Below are positions 59,748-64,000 of a stretch of 64,000 bases of DNA, one piece after another. Below the pieces are notes generated by a model, which worked only from the letters and a program-made list of their open reading frames with translations, searched no databases and was not told the DNA's origin. Source of the DNA: Eledone cirrhosa (Eukaryota); the NCBI GenBank assembly GCA_964016885.1, contig OZ024741.1, forward strand, positions 145,762,001-145,826,000. The letters are read 5' to 3'. The position numbers and the translations under genes were made by a program. The first letter of the stretch is position 1; each line of letters opens with the position of its first letter.

Positions 59748-62700
59748 GACCATGCTGTAAAATGGAGGGGTAGAGAGGGCCCTTGAGTCTAGTAAGACAT
59801 CCTCTCTAGTGCTGGTGGCACAAATAAAAGCACCCAGTCCATGCTGTAAAGTGGCGCTGGTGTTATGAAGGGCATCCAACCAGTGTATCAATGCCAAAAC
59901 GCTTAGCAGCACAGCAACAAATAGATAAGAACAACAACAAAATATGAAGACGTCGCATCTCAGAGTTGCAACACTTAATGTTGACACTCTCAGAGGTAGA
60001 TCTGCTGAAATAGCGGAGATGCTGGAGAGAAGGCAGGTGGATGTGTGCTGCGTGCAAGAGGTGAGATGGAGAGGTGCCTCTGCGAGACTAGTCGTAGGCA
60101 AACATCTTAGCTATAATCTTTTCTGGGTAGGTAAGGATGATGGGTTAGGCGGAGTAGGCATTTTCTGGCTGAGAGATGGATCAATAAGACAATAGAGGTA
60201 GTTCGAGTTAGTAATCGAATAATTAAGCTTAGATTAGTTGTAGGTAGAAGACTACTGACAATCATCTCTGCCTATGCTCCCCAAGCAGGCCTAGGCAAAG
60301 ATGAGAAAGACTGCTTTTACGAGCAACTTTTACAAACAACCGCAATGACAGAGGCCGGAGACATCCTTATGCTAGCAGGGACTTCAATTGTCATGTTGGA
60401 CAGCTCCAGGATGGTTATACTAGGGTACATAGTGGGCAGGGTTACGGCTCAAGAAATGAAGAAGGAGTGAGACTTCTTGAATTTTGTGATGCAAGTACAC
60501 TGACTATTTGCAACACAAACTTCCAGAAACCTGCCAATCACCTAAAAACCTACAAATCTGGCGAGCACATAAGCCATATTGACTTCTTACTAGTTAGGCA
60601 GCGGGACAGGCAGATAGTGTCTAATACCAAGGCATACCCTTTGGGAAGAATGTACCCCACAGCATAGGTTAGTCGTTAGTGATATGTCAGTAAGCAAGAG
60701 ATGGAAAGAGATATACAGGAAGGTGTGGAGAAGAAGGTCTGGAAGCTAAAAGACCTTTCACTAAAATACAAATTTAGGAAAGCCCTTCAAGATGTTATGA
60801 CGAAAATGAAGACGATTTAGAGACGTAAGATATAGATAATAACTGGTATTTCTTACGTGACAACTTACTGCAGGCTACTGATGAAACTTGTGGCTGGAGC
60901 AGAGCTCAAACCAGACAGAGAGTGACCTGGTGGTGGAACAGTACAGTAGCTAAGGGCATTAGAGACAAAAGACTAGCATGGAAAGCTTGGAAAAAGGGTG
61001 GGAGTAGGGAAGAATATACAACCGCTAAGAGAGAAGCTAGACGTCAGGTGTACTTAGCACGCACGAAGGCTGAGAGTAGGAGGTTTACCAATGTTCTGCG
61101 ACGGGAAGATCAGAGGCGCGCGGTGTTCTACATTGCAAGGCAATGTGTCAATGCAAATCAGGATGTTGTTGGAGATAAATGTGTCCGGAATGATGCCGGT
61201 GTCCTTAGTGTCACGAATGATCAGAAATGTCATTATGAGAGACTGATGAATGTGGAGAACGAATGGGAGAGAGAGAAATTACCCTCAGTAGATCCGACAG
61301 AGGGACCAGCTATTGAGATTGACGAATATAGGGTCCAAGAGGTGATTAAGGAAATTAAAAATGGTAAGGCTGCTGCACCATCGGGAATAGTTGCTGAGAT
61401 GCTGAAGGCATCGGGGGACGTAGGCACTAAACTGGTTGCACGCATCATCAATCAGGCTATATATGGTGGTGTCATACCCAAAGACTGGTGCAGCAGTATT
61501 CTCACAAATTGCTACAAAGGTAAAGGGGATGCTCTGGAGAGGAGCAATTATAGGGGTATGAAACTGATGGATCAGGTTATGAAAGTGGCAGAAAGGGTAT
61601 TAGCACAACTAATTAGAGAAAGCGTCAAACTAGATGAGATGCAGTTTGGTGTTGTGCTTGGGAAGAGTACAACAGATGCCCTCTTCTTGGTGAGACAATT
61701 GCAAGAGAGGTTCTTAGAGAAAAATAAGCCACTATACTTAGCCTTTGTTGACCTAGAGAAGGCCTTTGATAGGGTACCCCGATCTGTCATCTGGTAATCC
61801 CTAAGGAAACTAGGTTTTGAGGAATGGCTTGTGAGAACAGTGCAAACTTTGTACAGAGGTACTCTCAGTCAAGTCAGGGTAGGAATGGAGTTTAGTGAGG
61901 AATTCCAGATACAAGTAGGGAGTACATCAAAGTTCGGTCTTCAGCCCGCTCTTGTTCATTATAGTCCTCCAAGCCATAACAGAGGAGTTTAAGACTGGCT
62001 GTCCATGGGAACTTCTCTATGCTGACGATCTGGTTCTTATAGCAGATTCAGTAGAGGAGCTAGAGAATAAATTCTGGCTATGGAAACAGCAGTTGGAAGC
62101 AAGATGACTGAGAGTCAACCTAGCTAAGACGAAAGTGTTGATGAGTAGAAAAGAGGACAAAACTCTGATTCCGTCATGGAAATGGCCATGTTCGATATGC
62201 AGAAAAAGAACTGGCATAAATTCTATAAAATGCACACAATGCAGATCCTGGGTACACAAGAGATGTAGCGGGATAGCAGGCAAACTAACATGTAGGGAGA
62301 AATATGTATGCAGTAGATGTACAGGGAAATTATACAGTAGAAGTCGCATTGATAGACACATTTTTCAAATGCAGGCGGGTGCTATAGAAGTGGTGGATAG
62401 CTTCCGGTACCTAGGAGATCAGATTAGCGTGGGAGGGAGGGGGGTGTTCTGAGTATCTAGAATAAGGACGGGTTGGAAGAAGTTTAGGGAGCTGTTTCCT
62501 CTGCTGATGAAGGATGGTTTCTTCCTGCGTACGAAAGGCCGGTTATATGATGCCTGTGTGAGGATCGCGATGCTGCATGGTAGTGAGACATGGCAGCAAC
62601 TGCAGAGGATATGCGACGGCTGGAGAGAAATGAGGCAAGCATGCTCCGTTGGAGAACGTTGCAGTGTCGATGTGCGTGAACGACCCAGCATGAATGTGTT

Positions 62701-62969
62701 GAGAGAGAAACTGTGTCTGAGAGGTATAGAATCTAGTGTACGGGAGAGGAGACTGAGGTGGTATGGACAAGTGATGCTCATGGAGGATGACCGATGGGTG
62801 AAGAAGTGCCAGGAAATGCCAGTTGAAGGAAGACGTGGTAGAGGTAGACCACGAAAAACATGGGCAGAGGTGGTGAGAAGACCGAGTTGACGAAGGACCG
62901 TGACGAGTGGAGAGATGCTGTGCCGCAAGCAGGGAAGAGCGGACGTAAAATAATGATGATGATGATGAT

Positions 62970-62970
<1 letters not shown>
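59748..62970 (+). mobile_element. Near-full-length RTE-clade LINE, copy 2 (disrupted)
   Basis: Collinear with 5570-8840; ATG at 59944; independent stops and frameshifts; (GAT)n tail. Confidence 0.96.
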
Positions 62971-63003
<33 letters not shown>

Positions 63004-63004
63004 C

Positions 63005-63415
63005 GCCTATATATTGATCACCTTGACAGACCAATGGCGCACCACCTTAAAGAACATTAGTCTACGACCTCTTTTATACCATAAACGTGGTTCTGTCTTT
63101 GCGCGTAATTGTTTTTCACCGCTCCTATTAATGACGTATTATTCGTTTTTTCCCGCTCTTTGCCAGCGAACGTTACCACGAACCAAAGTATCGTCTTCCT
63201 GTCTTCCTCCGGTTGCAATGTTTTTTGAAATATCCAGTTCTGCGTTTACAGATTGACTTTATTAGTTTCAGAAGATCCCGTTAAGGGTGAAAGCAGCGAT
63301 TCTTTGCTTAAACTTTAATCTGTTATTTTAATAAATATTTGCTCTACGGTTCTTATATATTTGATATATATTTTCCTTATCGAGCCCTCTTTGGATTTTA
63401 GTCTTCAATTTTATT
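63005..63415 (+). mobile_element. Probable PLE 3' remnant
   Basis: YIDHLDRPMAHHLKEH resembles decayed GIY-YIG YIG..R....R.KEH; homologous to 21270-21660. Confidence 0.55.
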
Positions 63416-63420
63416 ATTGT

Positions 63421-63473
<53 letters not shown>

Positions 63474-64000
63474 CGTACAGTGGTATGTATATATATACAT
63501 ACATGCACACATATATATATGCACGTAACGGTTTACCGAACATTTATTATAATGCTCGGTTTGTTTGTTTGTAAACAAACGAACAGCCAAAATTACGCCG
63601 TACAGTGTTTATATATGTGTGCATGTATGTATATATATACATACTACTGTACGTCTGTATACATATATGTATGTATGTATACATACATACTCACATTTAC
63701 GTAACTGCCGTACTAAGAGAGAGAAATGAAATTTCGTTTCATTCTATTCCATTTATCGTTTTCGGTGCACCCGGCTGACTAAACTCACTCGATATGCAAA
63801 TTAGGCGGCTTAACCGTTAATATGCATAAGGAAAGTATATACTTTCAGACGTTCAACCATCTGGCAGGAAGGTATACGATGCTGACGATAGCTAATAAGC
63901 TTGAAACTAGTTCATCGTTCCTGTGTCAGTATTGAACAAAAAGGTGATGTGGTTGCCTAAACACTGTACGGCGTAATTCGGGCTGTTTGTTTGTTTACAA

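Overview
AT-rich, microsatellite-dense eukaryotic DNA; the SINE/LINE/MITE types resemble those I know from octopus (coleoid cephalopod) genomes, which is an inference. I found no host protein-coding gene I can support. Nearly all long ORFs are decayed retroelements or (AT)n/(GT)n/(CAA)n artefacts. Recognisable elements: two near-full-length and several truncated RTE LINEs carrying a PHD-like Cys/His finger inside the RT, L1/Tx1 LINE pieces, R4/Dong, CR1 and LTR-pol remnants, Penelope-like elements (PLEs), tRNA-type and RTE-derived bipartite SINEs, and hAT/piggyBac-type MITEs. The most striking signal is a cluster of type I hammerhead ribozyme motifs (CUGANGA...GAAA...UH): about 11 with intact cores in at least 7 apparently unrelated sequence contexts, plus decayed copies. 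Several sit mirror-symmetrically on the two arms of 160-960 bp fold-back palindromes or in 320-520 bp units with short terminal direct repeats, suggesting non-autonomous ribozyme-bearing elements mobilised by PLEs.
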